From Monosiga brevicollis MX1 (Eukaryota), in NCBI RefSeq assembly GCF_000002865.3, contig NW_001865085.1, positions 68,256-132,255 on the forward strand: DNA of 64,000 nt, in the 5' to 3' direction. Positions 12,001 through 24,118 of the stretch are shown piece after piece. The position numbers and the translations under genes were made by a program. Numbering within the stretch: the first letter of the stretch is position 1; each line of letters opens with the position of its first letter. Below the pieces are notes generated by a model. It was not told where the DNA came from. It saw only the letters and a program-made list of their open reading frames with translations, and did no database searches.

Positions 12001-15000
12001 AGTCTAAGGCGCCTGCAGTGAGCAGATCGACTCCAGATGCATTGCTCGATGCTTGCACGCGGAAAGGCAGGTTGTCCGAGCCATTGATCGAGTAAGTCAG
12101 GGCGGCGTTCCGACCAGCATCTGCATCAGACACGAGTATCGATGAAATGAGCGAGCCTGCGGGCGCGTCTTCAGCCACCGTTACAGGTCGCGTGCTCTCA
12201 AAGACGGGGCTGTTGTCGTTGGCATCCAAGATATGCACCGTGACTGGCACGCGCGTGGTACTGTGCGAGTCTGTGACGAGTACGGTAAAGGACCACGATT
12301 TGTTCGTGCTCTCATAATCCAGACGCTCTTCAGCGACCGTGATGACTCCAGACGCGTTGATGGCAAACGGCACAGTCGGTGTAGAAAGTGCATAGCCGAG
12401 AGAATCCAGGCCATCAGGGTCGTTGGCGAGCACGCTGCCGAGGAGATGTCCCACCTCGGCTGTCTCAGAAACATTAAAGGTCAGCTCGACTGGGGCAATG
12501 GGAGATTCATCGGGCTCATTTCGGACGGTCAAAACATACACGGCCGGCGTGATCAAGCCGCCACCATCGATTGCGTTGACGCTCAAGCGATGCTCAACTG
12601 CTGATTCATAGTCCAGAGTGGTGATCAGTTGCAGCTGGCCTGTGGCAGACAGACGGAACCGCTTTAGCTCGACTGCAGGACCAAGCAGCTCAAAGCCGAC
12701 AGTGCCAAATGACCCACTATCAGCATCAGTGGCGAGTAGCTGCCCCAGTATGGTACCAGGCGACGTGAGCTCCGAAGCACTCGCGGCAAGCGCAGTGGTG
12801 TTCCACACGGGTGCGTTGTCGTTAACATCGGTGAGGCGGATGGTGGCGGTAGCGTTGACCACATGAACACCATCCGTTACCGCAAAGACGATGGACACCT
12901 GTTCGTAAGCCTCAAAGTCGAGGCCGTCACCCAGGTAGATCGTACCGTTGTCAGCATCCATGGAGACGAACGTGGCGGCTGCCACAGGACTCACAACCAA
13001 GATCGAAAATGCAAAATTCTCATCACCATCTGCATCGATCACCTGGACCCCGGCTAGCGAAGCCACGAGATGCTCGGCCACGGTCCAAGGGGGCGAGGTA
13101 ACTTGAGGCGGCTCATCATTGACATTGCGAATGACGATCAAAAGAGTTGCCCAGGCTGTGCCTAATATGGGTCGCTCTGTGTCGAAGGCACCGATAACCA
13201 GCGTCAGTTCTGGGGTCTGTTCGTAGTCAAACGTGCGTGGAAAGCTGACCAGCCCCGTGGCGCTAATGTTGACCAAGGAATGATCACCGGACAGCACGAC
13301 GAAAGAAGCGTGGCTATGGGCCGGGCTATCCAGGTCCATCACCACCAGCTGAACTGGCTGGGCCAGCGCATTCTCCGTGACAGTCAGGGTAATGTTATCG
13401 GTCCCCGCCACGAAAACCGGGGCATGATCATTCACATCACTTACGCGAACGGTCACCGGCAGACGCGCCGTACGTTGACCGCCATCAGATGCCAGGATAT
13501 GAAAGGAAAAGCTTGCTTGCTCGTGGTAGCGTACTTGCTGAACCAAAGTCAGCTCTCCGCTTGCGGCATCAAGAGAAAATGGCACGGTCGCATTCGGCGC
13601 CACTTCCATCGTGTAAGAGAGCTTGCCAAAAGCACCAGTGTCCTCATCACTGGCGCGCACTGTGGCCAAGCTGACCGGTGTAGCTTGGTCCTCCGACATG
13701 TTGAGGCTAAGATGACTGAGGGTGAAGATTGGTGCGTGTTCATTTACGTTTTCTACTTGGATTTGGAGGTGTAGGCTGTCAGTAAAGATACCATCATCAA
13801 CAGTCAAGTTGACCGCGTGCTCTGTTTTTGTTTCATAATCAAGCCTGCGCCCAGGCGCGAGCTCAATGCGCCGGCCGTTGAGGCGGAAGAGTCCGGGCGC
13901 ATCCTGGTCCAGCGTCAATGTGTAACCTAGATCATCTGGGTCGCTGACGTTGAACTCCACGATCGGTGATTGTGCTAGGAGCGTCTCGTTCATAGCAAGA
14001 ACAAGCAAGCCCGAGGGTGCCAAAATGACCGGGTTATCGTTGAGATTCTGAAGCGCCAGATCAATGGTAAGAAGAGCAACGCCTGCTGGCTCAAAATCGT
14101 CGCGGGCCGTGAATTGCAATTGAATGCGTTTGGTTGTCGTCATCTCAAAGTCCAAAGGGGCGAGAAGGACAATGGCCTGATCGACGAGAGCAAAGTTCGG
14201 CGCCCAGCCGGCTACCGTAAAAAAGTCGACCACGGTACCACCCAGACCCAGGTCTGCATCGGTCACTAGGTTGGACAAGTTGGCGATAACGGCGCCTGCA
14301 GTCAAATTTTCCAGAACCGCAATGACCCCGACATCTTGCCGCAGCGCTGGCACGGCATCATTTGCTGGCGCAATGGCGATCTTTGCCATTGCCGGTGTCC
14401 CGGCCAAATTGGCCGAATCGACAACCTGAACAGCAGCCATGCGCGTTTGAGGCTCGACGTGTATGCTCGGGTTGGTGTAGAACAGCAACGCCACCAATTC
14501 AGCGGCAGTGCTGTGGTTGATGGCGCCGCTTGTGCAAGTGAAGCGGGTGATCAGCGTCTGAGTGATCGGGTCGAAGGGCAAGATCTCGCGCGTCACGAAG
14601 CTCGGCTGATGCAGCATGTCAATTTCATCGCTGGCATCGGCGCCAGAGAGTGTGACCACAAAGCCCATCACCTCATCATTGTCCACGTCTTCCACGGTCA
14701 AGCTCAGGCCTAGCCCCGCGTACTCTAGATCACCATCTCCGCGCACCAGTGCAAGCGCGCCCGACTCGCATTCCGTGGTCATGCAAGAGGAGGGCACATT
14801 GAGATTGTGTCGAGAAACCAAGCGAAAATACTTTACGGCGGGCCGCTCGATTGGGTCGGAGGGACCCCAAGTCCCATCGGCCGTCACAGGCAGCGACTGG
14901 AAAAAGGTCAGTGGCCCGCCATCCCCCAAGTACACTTGTACGACATAGTCGTCGGCACTACGACGAGAGGTAAGTGTGCCACTCACCATCGCTGTAAAAA

Positions 15001-18000
15001 AGTACTCATAGCGCTGCTCAAGGGCCAACGTTAGAGAGTCGGCATTTGCAAGATACGCCCGCGCATCACCCTCAAGGTACGTCGTCTCACGGTTCAGACC
15101 GCCCGTCATCGGGTCTAAATCAACTGTGGCAGGATCATTGACGGCCTGTACGTTCAGCGACAGCTGCACGGCGTTACTGGCCGCGCCCTCTGCATCGTGA
15201 AGTCGGACCATGATTGTGCGCACGCCTGCCGTGGGTTCGTTCAAGATGTTTTGGTAGGTCGACGCAGCCAGTGCCGCTCGTAGGGCGTCGGCGGTCAGCG
15301 AAGCGTTACTTTCAAACATGCGCACCGTGTTGTTGGTTCCAACACCACTGGGGACCATGTTGAGGGCAGCATCAAAAACAAAACGTTCATCATCACCATC
15401 ACGCAGGCCACTCACGTGCACATGCACGTCGGTGAAGAGATCAGAATCAGGATCGGACACATCCAAGCCGTCTGGAAACAACGGCAACGCGGCGCCCTCC
15501 TCGAGAAAGTTGACAGTTTCGCTACCACTGGGCACAGCAATCACGGGCATGTTGTTGACGCCCAGGAAACGAATCTCAAGCGTGACCTCCATGCTCTGCG
15601 CCACACCATCCGATGCTGCAATCCGCAGCTGCGTGGAGACGGCAGGAGCAGCCGAAAAGTTGTTGCTGTACTCGATTGTCGCGAAGGCGGCCTTTAGTTG
15701 CGATGGTGAAGCCGGCCCTTGCAAAACAAGACCACCATCGGCGAGCGTATCAACCCGTACGCCGGGGGTTGCGTTGCGAACTACGAGTTGCTCGCCGAGT
15801 GCCGCAGGGGTCGGGTCAAAACGGACGGTCAGGTTGCTCAGCATGACGCTGTCGGCGTCGGTCAAGCGTAATTGGTGAACCAGTGCGGTCACAACACCGG
15901 GCAGTACGTCGACGCGCGCGTGTCCAATCAGGGGCAGCGTTCCCGATCCCTCCTGATAGCTGAGCGCAGCGACAGGGTACCCATCAAAGCTAACGACGGG
16001 CGGGTCATTAACAGGTACCACCGTCACGAAGGCACGGCTGGCTACCGAGCTGAGGTGTCCTTGTTGTACAACAAAGCGTACGGCACGCGTGACGTTGGGC
16101 AACGCGGGCTCAGGGACCGAAATCAAAAAAGCAACGGAGCGAAGGCAGGCCGTGTAGATGGCTGCGCTTGCTGCCCCGGAGAACAGCAAGTCTGTGCTGA
16201 CACTTGGGGCTACGGTGGGGCTGAGCCCACTGCAAGATGCGACATCGTACGCAAGTACATCTCCGGCAGCCGGGTTCTCAAGCGTGACCCGTGCCTGCAG
16301 AATTTGCACGGCTGTGTTAGAGTCCAGCAAGGTGACCCGACCCTGGTTTGGAGTTAAAAGGAGCGAGCCAGCAGCATCTCCCTCGATATATTCAACTGCA
16401 CGTTGGCGGCTGGCGGTAAGGTCAGCCTCGGAGGCAAAACCAGGTTGAGGTAAGGGTGTCAGCTGGATGATGGGCGCCCGATCAAGAACAAGCGCAGGAC
16501 GTAACACGCGCGTGCCCAGGTCAACCTGGCGATCATCGTCTTGCCAGGCTGTGAGGGTGAGCGCCAGGTCGGCAGGATTGGGCTCAACGTATGTCTGTGA
16601 CATTACCACCGATTGCAGCAAGGCCGTGTACTCGGCCAAGGAAGCGTGCCCCTCGATGTCTACAATTGCGCCGGAGGCTGAAAAGTTGAGCGTAAGGTTG
16701 GGAGGCAGTTGGGCCGGCACGTCGAGCTTTGGGCCACACTGGCTGGTACAAACAATGGTCCTCGAGGTTACGACAACGTCGACATAGCGCAGCAGAGCAG
16801 AAACACGGCCTGCGACCGTGCTGGACGGCGCAGCGGGGGACCCAAATCCACCCAATGTCAAACGCCCCATGCCTGAGAAGTCGGGCAGGCGCACAAGCCG
16901 GCCTACCTCGACTGCGGGCTGCGTTTGACCATTCAACACCTCGCGTTGCGTGATTTGAGTTGGTGCATACTCTGCCTCATTGATGAGAAGGGACGCCGAG
17001 CCGTCAGCATGAAGAGTCAGGGCAATGAAATCCCATCCATCGTCGACCAAGAGACTGGCGTCTGGGACAAAATGTACATCATATTGCAACCAGGCATCCG
17101 GCCGGCTGTCAAGAGATGGCACTTGGAACGTAACAATCACGAGGGCTGAGGTGGCCAAGTATATCTGAAGCTGAATGCGGCCATCGGCATCGCGTTGTGA
17201 CAAGAGCACGCCCGCACTCTCCGGAAGCAGGTCAGCCCAGAGAACAAGACTCAGAGCGGTGCTCGTGCCGGTCAGCGCCTCCAGAGCATTGGGTACGACA
17301 ACGAGATTGGAGGCATTGAATTCGACTGCAGCCGTCAGCAAGGACGTGCCGGCACGGGGGAGGCATTGATCGAAAAAGTCTACCAAGCCTGCGCTGGCAA
17401 CATCGGGTCCGGCGCTCGACTGAACTGTCTTACAAAGTTCGGCGGTGATGGGCGCGGCGTTCCACGCATCGTTGTCGCGCACTGGTAGCGTGAGGCGGAG
17501 AGCGCGCAGAGTACTTGGCAAGACGTCCAAGTCCGTGAGCGTGGAGTTGGCCAGTGGCCGGATCGCGCTGCCTTCTTCTGGCAGAGCGACAGTGCCAGTT
17601 GCAGGTGCAAGGGTCACATCCTCATCCGAGACGTCCAGCAGATTGACAGTCAGATTGTGCGTGACCCAGTTGGTTGGCGATCCCGTGTCACCAACGCGCA
17701 GCTGAATGAGGAGGGTGTCCCCAAGCGTTTCACGGTCAAGCGGTGCCGCGGCCTGGAGCGTTGCTGAGACCGCAGAGATGCGCGAGAACACAAAACCCAA
17801 AGGCGGCGCAATCACCAAAAACTGCATGTCTCCTTCAAAACTGTCCGCATCCGAGGCAGATACCGTGGCCACCAATCTCGGCACCAGAGAATTGTCCTCG
17901 GTGAGAGTGACATCATCTGGCGCCGAAATTACGGGTGGATTGTCATTGGCATCAAGCACCGTCAGTTCGAAGGAAACCGATGTGTTGCGGCCTCCGCCGT

Positions 18001-21000
18001 CGCGGACAAAAAGCTCGTAACGCTGGCGTTGACGATCAACGGTCTCGAAATCAAGAACCCGGCGAATAATCAACGCAGTGCCGTCGTCGTTCAGCGAAAG
18101 CGCCGGATCTGGGTTCGATGTGTGTAAAGCAAGCTCAAGTGCTCCAAAAATGCCGACATCCGCATCCGACGCAGTGACATTGGCGTAGATGGTCCCCACT
18201 GGCACCAGCTCTGACAGCTCGCGAGATGTGACCTCGTCCAGCACAGGAGAGTTATCGTTGAGATTCTCGACCCAGCAGGTGACGAGCACGCGCGTGCTTA
18301 CACGCACGGGGGATCCGAGGTCGTACGCCTCGACCCACACGGCTACTGCCGAGGTTAGCTCTGCATCCAAAGGGCGGCGCATGCGCACGAGACCGGTCAG
18401 AGCATCCACTTCGAAGGCGTCCAGGTCACCTGCAACAAGGCGAAAACGAACGACCGAGTTGTTGCCGGGGCCGTCGGAATCCCAGGCCACCAGCGTGACA
18501 CAAGCCAGAGGTGCACTGTTTTCTGGGACCGTGCATGATAGGTTTCCGTGTGTAAAGGCGGGCGGATTGTCGTTGACATCCGTGAGGGTGATGGTCAGGT
18601 TGGCACGAGAGGAAAGCGCAAGTGTGGGATCCACGGCGTCCCTGGCAACCACCTCTAAATGATAGACGTCGCGCACTTCACGGTCAAGCATGGCAAAGGT
18701 TACCACCTGGCCCGAGGGCAGCAGTGCAAAGTCATTTGCACCATCGCCTGTGAGTTCGAGCTGGATGTCGGCCAAGGCAGCTCCATCCACGTAGTCCGTG
18801 GCGGCAATGAGCAAATTGTCAAGAGGGGTTCCAGGAGCAACGTTTTCAGGGATTGCAGCCGCATATGCGGGCTGACTGAATGTCGGCGCTTCGGTGTTCA
18901 CATCGCGCACGACAAGGTAAACGGTTAGCGTCGCGTTTTGCGCTCCATCCGATGCAACGATGCCAAATGTGAGGACATTGCCTTCAATGCCGGCAGCACG
19001 GTCGTAAGTCAATTGGATGAGCGCACGGACGTGCCCTGACGCATCGACGCTAAAGAAGGCCGGCATGGAGGATGTATATCTGACGGGAAGGCCAGATATA
19101 TCGCCATCCACGGCCAGCACGGTTGCTAAGACACCCCCGGGGGCGGCACCCTCGTCCACGCTGATGGTAACGTTGGTGCCATTGAGAAAGCGCGGCGGTT
19201 CATCGTTGACGTCCGCTACGTTGACCACAAACTCAGCGCGAGCCTCGAGGAATGGGGTGCCTCCATCGCGAGCCACCACTTCCAAACGCCAGAGATTGGC
19301 TGATTCCGCATCTAGAGGCGCAACCAGGGACAGGGTGCCGTTGGCGCTGAGCGCAAAAGGCAGAGTCGAATCTGATTCCAGTGCCCACTCTGGACCCGAA
19401 AGCACGCTGAGATTGGCAAAGGTGACGAGCGCATTGGCGCCAATGTCTGCGTCGGTCGCAGAATACTGGTTGAGGATCACCGGGGGGGCGACCGATTCGA
19501 CAAGGCTGATGAAATTACGAGTGGCTACAAGCTGTGGAGCGTTATCGTTCGCGTCCAGCACGGTCAGATTTAGCTCCCGCGACCCGCGACGTCCGTTGGC
19601 ATATTCAACTTCAAGGCGGTATGCAAACTCGGCCGTGGTCTCTCGGTCCAGGGGCGCAACCACCATGAGCAAGTTGATGCCTTGGACCGATATCTTGGGT
19701 TGAACCAAATGACTGGGCCAGCTTGTCAGAGCCAGGTCAGGGTAGACGCGCACGAGGGCCACATCGCCGCGCAGGCGCAGCGAGCTGCCCGGGGAGGCGC
19801 CGACAACAAAGCGCTGGTTGGCGGGGTTGTCGTGCACAGGCCCGCGGAGTTGTAGGGCCGTGGCGATGGGCGTTTCGTCAATCCACAGGCTCAAGTCGGT
19901 CCCAGCAATGACCACGCGCAGGCGATGCCAGGTGCCATCTATCACGCTGGTGGCAACGGCGCGGTTTGTTTGGGCGTAGTCTCCGTTGGCGAGGCGGTAA
20001 ACATAGGAAAAGACAATGTTGTTGGTGGTGGCGCTGAGTGTATAGCTCACGCTGTCGATACTCGAGGTGAGTGAGTCGCGCGTCTTGCTGAGGATATAAC
20101 CCGAGGCATCGAGCCGGACCATAGCGACAATGGTAAGAACCCCACTGGCGCCGACCTGAGCCGCAACAGCTCGGTCGGTGGCCGCAACTGCGGAGTTGGA
20201 GGTACGCGTCAAGCCGCTAAATCGGGTAGTTGAGCGCCAGAACCCAAGGGTGAAGCTGTCATCGGCAGTTGTAGCGTCCACGGATACGCCGGCCACGCCC
20301 TCCTCTGGCAGTCGCAAGGCGCCGTCAAGAACGGAGACCTCGGCATTCGCCAAGCTCACAGGTGGCAGGGGTACAACGTCCCAGATGGGATCTTGGTCTA
20401 GAACCTCCTGACCGGAATTGGCTGGGGCGCGCGGAAGGCTGGTTGTACCGACAAAGCCCACGATGGTGGTGGTGAAAAGGTTTTCGCGTAGCATTAAATG
20501 CGTTGGGCTGGCCGTGACCAGAATGCACTCGTTGTCAGGACACGCGGTGCACAGGCCTGATGTGGCGTTGAAGGTGCGATGTGCGGGACAATGGCTCACG
20601 CAGACGTCGTCATTGCGAGCAAAGCGGCATGCGTCGCAGTCACTGCTTGACGAACCAGAGCAGGATTGCAGCGGGTCGCAGAGGGCATGGCAGGCGATGC
20701 AGCCTTGATCGTGCGCAGTCGAGAGATTGAAAAAGCCTGGGCGGCAAGTATCACAGGCCGCACCCAGGACGTTGTCCTTACAGAGACAACCTCCTTCATC
20801 TTGACCACAGAAAAAGGTATTGTTGTGTCGAGAGCCCGCCTCGTTGCATACGCAGGCCTGACAACCCTCGGGGTTGGCTGCTGACAAGTTAAAAAACCCT
20901 CGTGCGCAGACATCACAGGTGGAACCCTGTACGTGGGGTTTGCAAGAGCAGGCCCCGTCACCGTCCTGGCAAGTTGCGGTGGCACGGCCAGCCGCATTGC

Positions 21001-23204
21001 ATACGCAGGGGCGACAGGGATCGACCTCGGTGATGGATCGATTGCTGGGAAGGAAAAAGCCGTCAGCGCAGGCAGCACATTGGCGACCGGTTGTGTGGGC
21101 GGTGCAGTTGCACACACCACCATCCCCAACGGTCCAGCTGTCGGGGTGAGGATCATGTGCAGCGCTGTAAACGCAAGCATCCGCTTTGCCGTGACATGTG
21201 CAGGGCTGACAGGTAAAGGCTGCTGCCGGGCCCAAAGCCGGTCGGAAGGGTTTGGCGTTGTACAACGGCGCGCAAGCCTCGCACTGGGAGCCGATGGTGT
21301 TGCCACCACAGCTGCAGCTGAGGGTGCTGTTGTAGGGAGGGCTCGATCTGACCGGTTCAGGGCCGCACTCTAGTTCAAAGCCGTGACAAGCACAGCGAAT
21401 GCTCCCCGCGATAGTACCGATGGTGACGTAATGGCTTTGCGCTAGCTCGGGCACACCCAGGCCAACGAAGCTTAGGCGCAGCTGTGTTGCTGTGACGGCC
21501 GCTAGAGCAGCTGAGCTGGCCGTCACATTGGGAAAAGAAGTTTGAAAGGCGACGGTACCGGTGCTTACAGCGGCACCGTCAGCCGTTCGCGGGTAAGACT
21601 GGCATGGTGCAGTGCTGGCAAAGGCGCAATCAGCGCGGAGCACACCCAGCAGGGTCCAGGCCACCTCGGCTGGGTCGCTGGTCTGAGCGATTTCGAGACG
21701 AATTTCGTCAGGCAAGGCCGAGAGCACGTCTAGTTCGATTCGATCGAGGTAGTGAGGCCCACGAAGGTCGAGTGTGAGAGTTGCGTTTGAGCCCAAAGCC
21801 GACTGCCAGGCCGTCTGTTCATCGCCATCCAGCACAAAGCCTGGAGCGAAGGCAGCTCCTGTTTGTAAAACACGATCCTGCGTGTTGCGCGGCGCGGGCC
21901 GAGTGGGTATTTCAACACAGGTATTGGGAGTCGACAGCTCATCCAAGAGCACTGGGTGTGTTGGTGGACAGCGACAGGCGGGAGCGACGGCGGCCGGCAC
22001 AAAAGCAAAGTGCACGGGAAAATCTTCTGCCACGGCTAGCGCGTGTAGGACGTCAGATTGGGTGGCCATGCGTGATGCAAGTTGTGCTTGGTAAAAACGC
22101 CCGGTAAATGAAGCCACCGTGGCCGTGTCGCCACCCACCAACATCTGGTCAACCTGACAGCCAAAAGGACGGTCTGAACCACACTGGGAAGGATCGATGA
22201 AGGTTTGTGGGAAGCTGGCAGGGTCGTAGTACCAAGATGCCAGAACCCGACCCGCTGAGTCATATACGACGAGATCCCGACGGTAAAAGCTAATGGTCCA
22301 CTCGTAACGCGTGCCGGTTTCGAGGGGTGCACTCGAGAGGGATAGTTCCACTTGATGGGGTTGAAAGTAAGCATCGCGTTGCTGAACCAAAAGACGACCC
22401 GCCGAGGCGTTGAGGGCAACGGCACTGGAAATAGTGGAGCCCTGATTAATCAGAACGGCAAATAAATGCCTGATGGGGCGGAGTTTGATTTTTGGCCGCA
22501 GAGAGGCAAGGGTTGATGGGGGCACGGGTGGACAAGGCGGCGTAGACACGGGAGCGTGAGTGGTTTCAAGTTGCAACGTGCGGCGGGAAACGTCCAGCGG
22601 GGCAGGACGTACTGCACGTCGGGGGTGATCGTTTCAAGCTGAAATCCCAGGCGTAGGGCATAGCCATTGGCGCGGGTCAAATGGGGCTGCTGTGTAATGG
22701 GCACGGCCAGTGGGGGCGTGCTGGTGTTGAGTGGGACGCCGACGCTTTCCTGTGATCGCAAATGCGGATGAACGGGGGTGAACCCAGACGGAGATGGGTG
22801 GCGACCCAAACGCACGTGCACGTCAAAATGAGCGGAGTGTTTCGAAGCAACGCATAACTGCACAAGCACGGAAAGGCAAGGGCGCGCCGGTTGGAAGTGC
22901 ACAATTTAAACGCAAAGGGGGCGCGTACGTTGAAGCCAGGGCGAGCTGTGGTCAGAAGATTAATAAAGCTGGGAGCGGCACCCGAGTAGGTGCAGGGCTC
23001 GGCGCAGTTTACAGTGGTGAGGCAAGCTGGTTCTGGTGTCAAGGTATATCGACAATAGGCCTCATCCGCCGAGGTGCAGGTAGTCTCGCTGGAGGCCCGC
23101 ACATAGCTGGGTAGGGCGGCTGCTTGAGGCAGCTCGCTGAAACCCAGAGAAAGGATCAGAGCGGCGAGCAGCGGCGGCAGCCCTGGTAGTCGCCGCCGTG
23201 CCAT
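1..23204 (-). CDS. Giant lefftyrin-type cadherin (probably the M. brevicollis MBCDH21-type gene), 3'-truncated by the window edge; ~7,518 codons inside the window
   Basis: Predicted exons 23204-22929 (ATG, signal peptide MARRRLPGLPPLLAALILSLG), 22749-22613, 22469-10684, 10553-10323, 10125-<1; all introns GT..AG with consistent phases (0,2,1,1). No stop-terminated ORF in the track uses the last exon's frame, consistent with it staying open to base 1. Domains: LamG-like, laminin N-terminal, 4 laminin EGF, furin-like repeat (the LEF cassette of lefftyrins), about 30 cadherin repeats (xE/LDRE/DxNDNxP motifs), LamG, TMEM132-like block, cohesin-like, dockerin. The expected FN3-TM-PTP end lies outside the window and cannot be seen. 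Confidence 0.93.
2408..2599 (-). other. Dockerin (type I-like) domain inside the giant cadherin
   Basis: Hand translation gives two F-hand-like repeats, GDVNGDCRKSDADVDLLALYL and LDVDRDGRVTLADLNALRDL, matching the duplicated DxNxDGxVxxxDxxxL dockerin pattern. Confidence 0.85.
2790..3140 (-). other. Cohesin-like domain inside the giant cadherin
   Basis: KVVPVWVAVGGASLGNLTITLTYNSQRMQVVGTAIG...GRLDLDL...GLLRVAEITV...ITFGGTV resembles the cohesin strand pattern (VxVPV...lxYD..l.vv.v..G...G.l..l.F). Confidence 0.65.
4230..6110 (-). other. TMEM132-like ectodomain block (N-terminal domain, cohesin-like domain, Ig-like domains) inside the giant cadherin
   Basis: Colinear motifs DASYGG, VRFVVLDSDIWAERPVIRVHAQV, ACQTTSSAGSCFMAATVPSAWL, IFVQLPAHAISPDETVRVQVYV, TVSVFAASQVQLSASRTQLRAVAG..C..LYQSSQL, VALKTRLITGLDVE and SELVYADGSADILPL match recalled TMEM132 motifs in the same order. 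Confidence 0.75.
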
Positions 23205-23614
23205 GATAACGGCAACTCGAGGCCTGGCCTCGAAATGCCCGTGTTGTGTATCCGCGACTTGGCGCACACAATGGGTCAAAACAAAGGTCCTCGCGCCCGA
23301 GAGGGGCGAGATGGTCAAAACTACAAATCGACACCCCATACGGACAGGGGAGCGATGGAAAAATATAAGAAGAGAGGATCTAGCCCAGTGTGGGAAGAGC
23401 CAGACTGACGTCGTGTCTTTTTCTTCTTTTTTCGGGATGGCTTGATTGACGTGAAGCAGAGCGTGTGATGCCACGAAATTTGCATGCATGCAGGGTCAAA
23501 ACAATAACATCTCCAACTCCGAGGGGTCTTGTTCATTTTGTTCAAGAAAAGTCAGATAAGTTTCGATTACAGGGGTGTTTTAAGAAGAGCTGGGACGCTG
23601 CGTCTCTCGAGCTC

Positions 23615-23644
23615 TGTGTGTGTGTGTGTGTGTTTGTCTCTCTC

Positions 23645-23706
<62 letters not shown>

Positions 23707-23714
23707 GCTCGCTT

Positions 23715-23762
<48 letters not shown>

Positions 23763-23828
23763 ACAAAAACTCTACTCTTCTTGTTTATTTGCTCTCTCTC
23801 TCTCTGTCGATCCCTCTCTCTCTCTCTC
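23615..23828. repeat. (TG)n/(CT)n compound microsatellite between two divergent genes
   Basis: Directly visible dinucleotide runs. Confidence 0.97.
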
Positions 23829-24118
23829 CGGGGGGCTTTGGGGGCTAGAGGCTGTGCGTACGCGGGGGTGCCGAGGGCTTGTGTGGCGCTCGAGTCTTGA
23901 GCAGGGATGATGAGGATGAGGATGGGGATGGTAATGGGCTTTTGAAGGACGAGGCAACTGTTAGCCGTCGGTATTCTTGGCTTGCCATCGCGCCAGGTCC
24001 GTGCTTGTGGCAGACTCTTCTTGATCGGGCATTGTGACCCTGACTCTGCCAATGCTTTTTGGCTGGTGATGAGTGTGGCTTACATATGGTACGCCTGCAC
24101 AGCTGTACAAGTCCAAGC

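Noticed and set aside
19..22107. Many plus-strand ORFs of 60-230 aa over the cadherin gene
   Set aside because: Antisense shadows of a GC-rich coding strand; no recognisable motifs.
22470..22576. Start of the 4,023-aa ORF as the real N-terminus
   Set aside because: Non-ATG start within an intron; two upstream exons supply an ATG and signal peptide.
23465..24052. SLSLSL/RERERE ORFs (similar ones at 35176, 37001-37791 and 61014)
   Set aside because: Translations of dinucleotide microsatellites.
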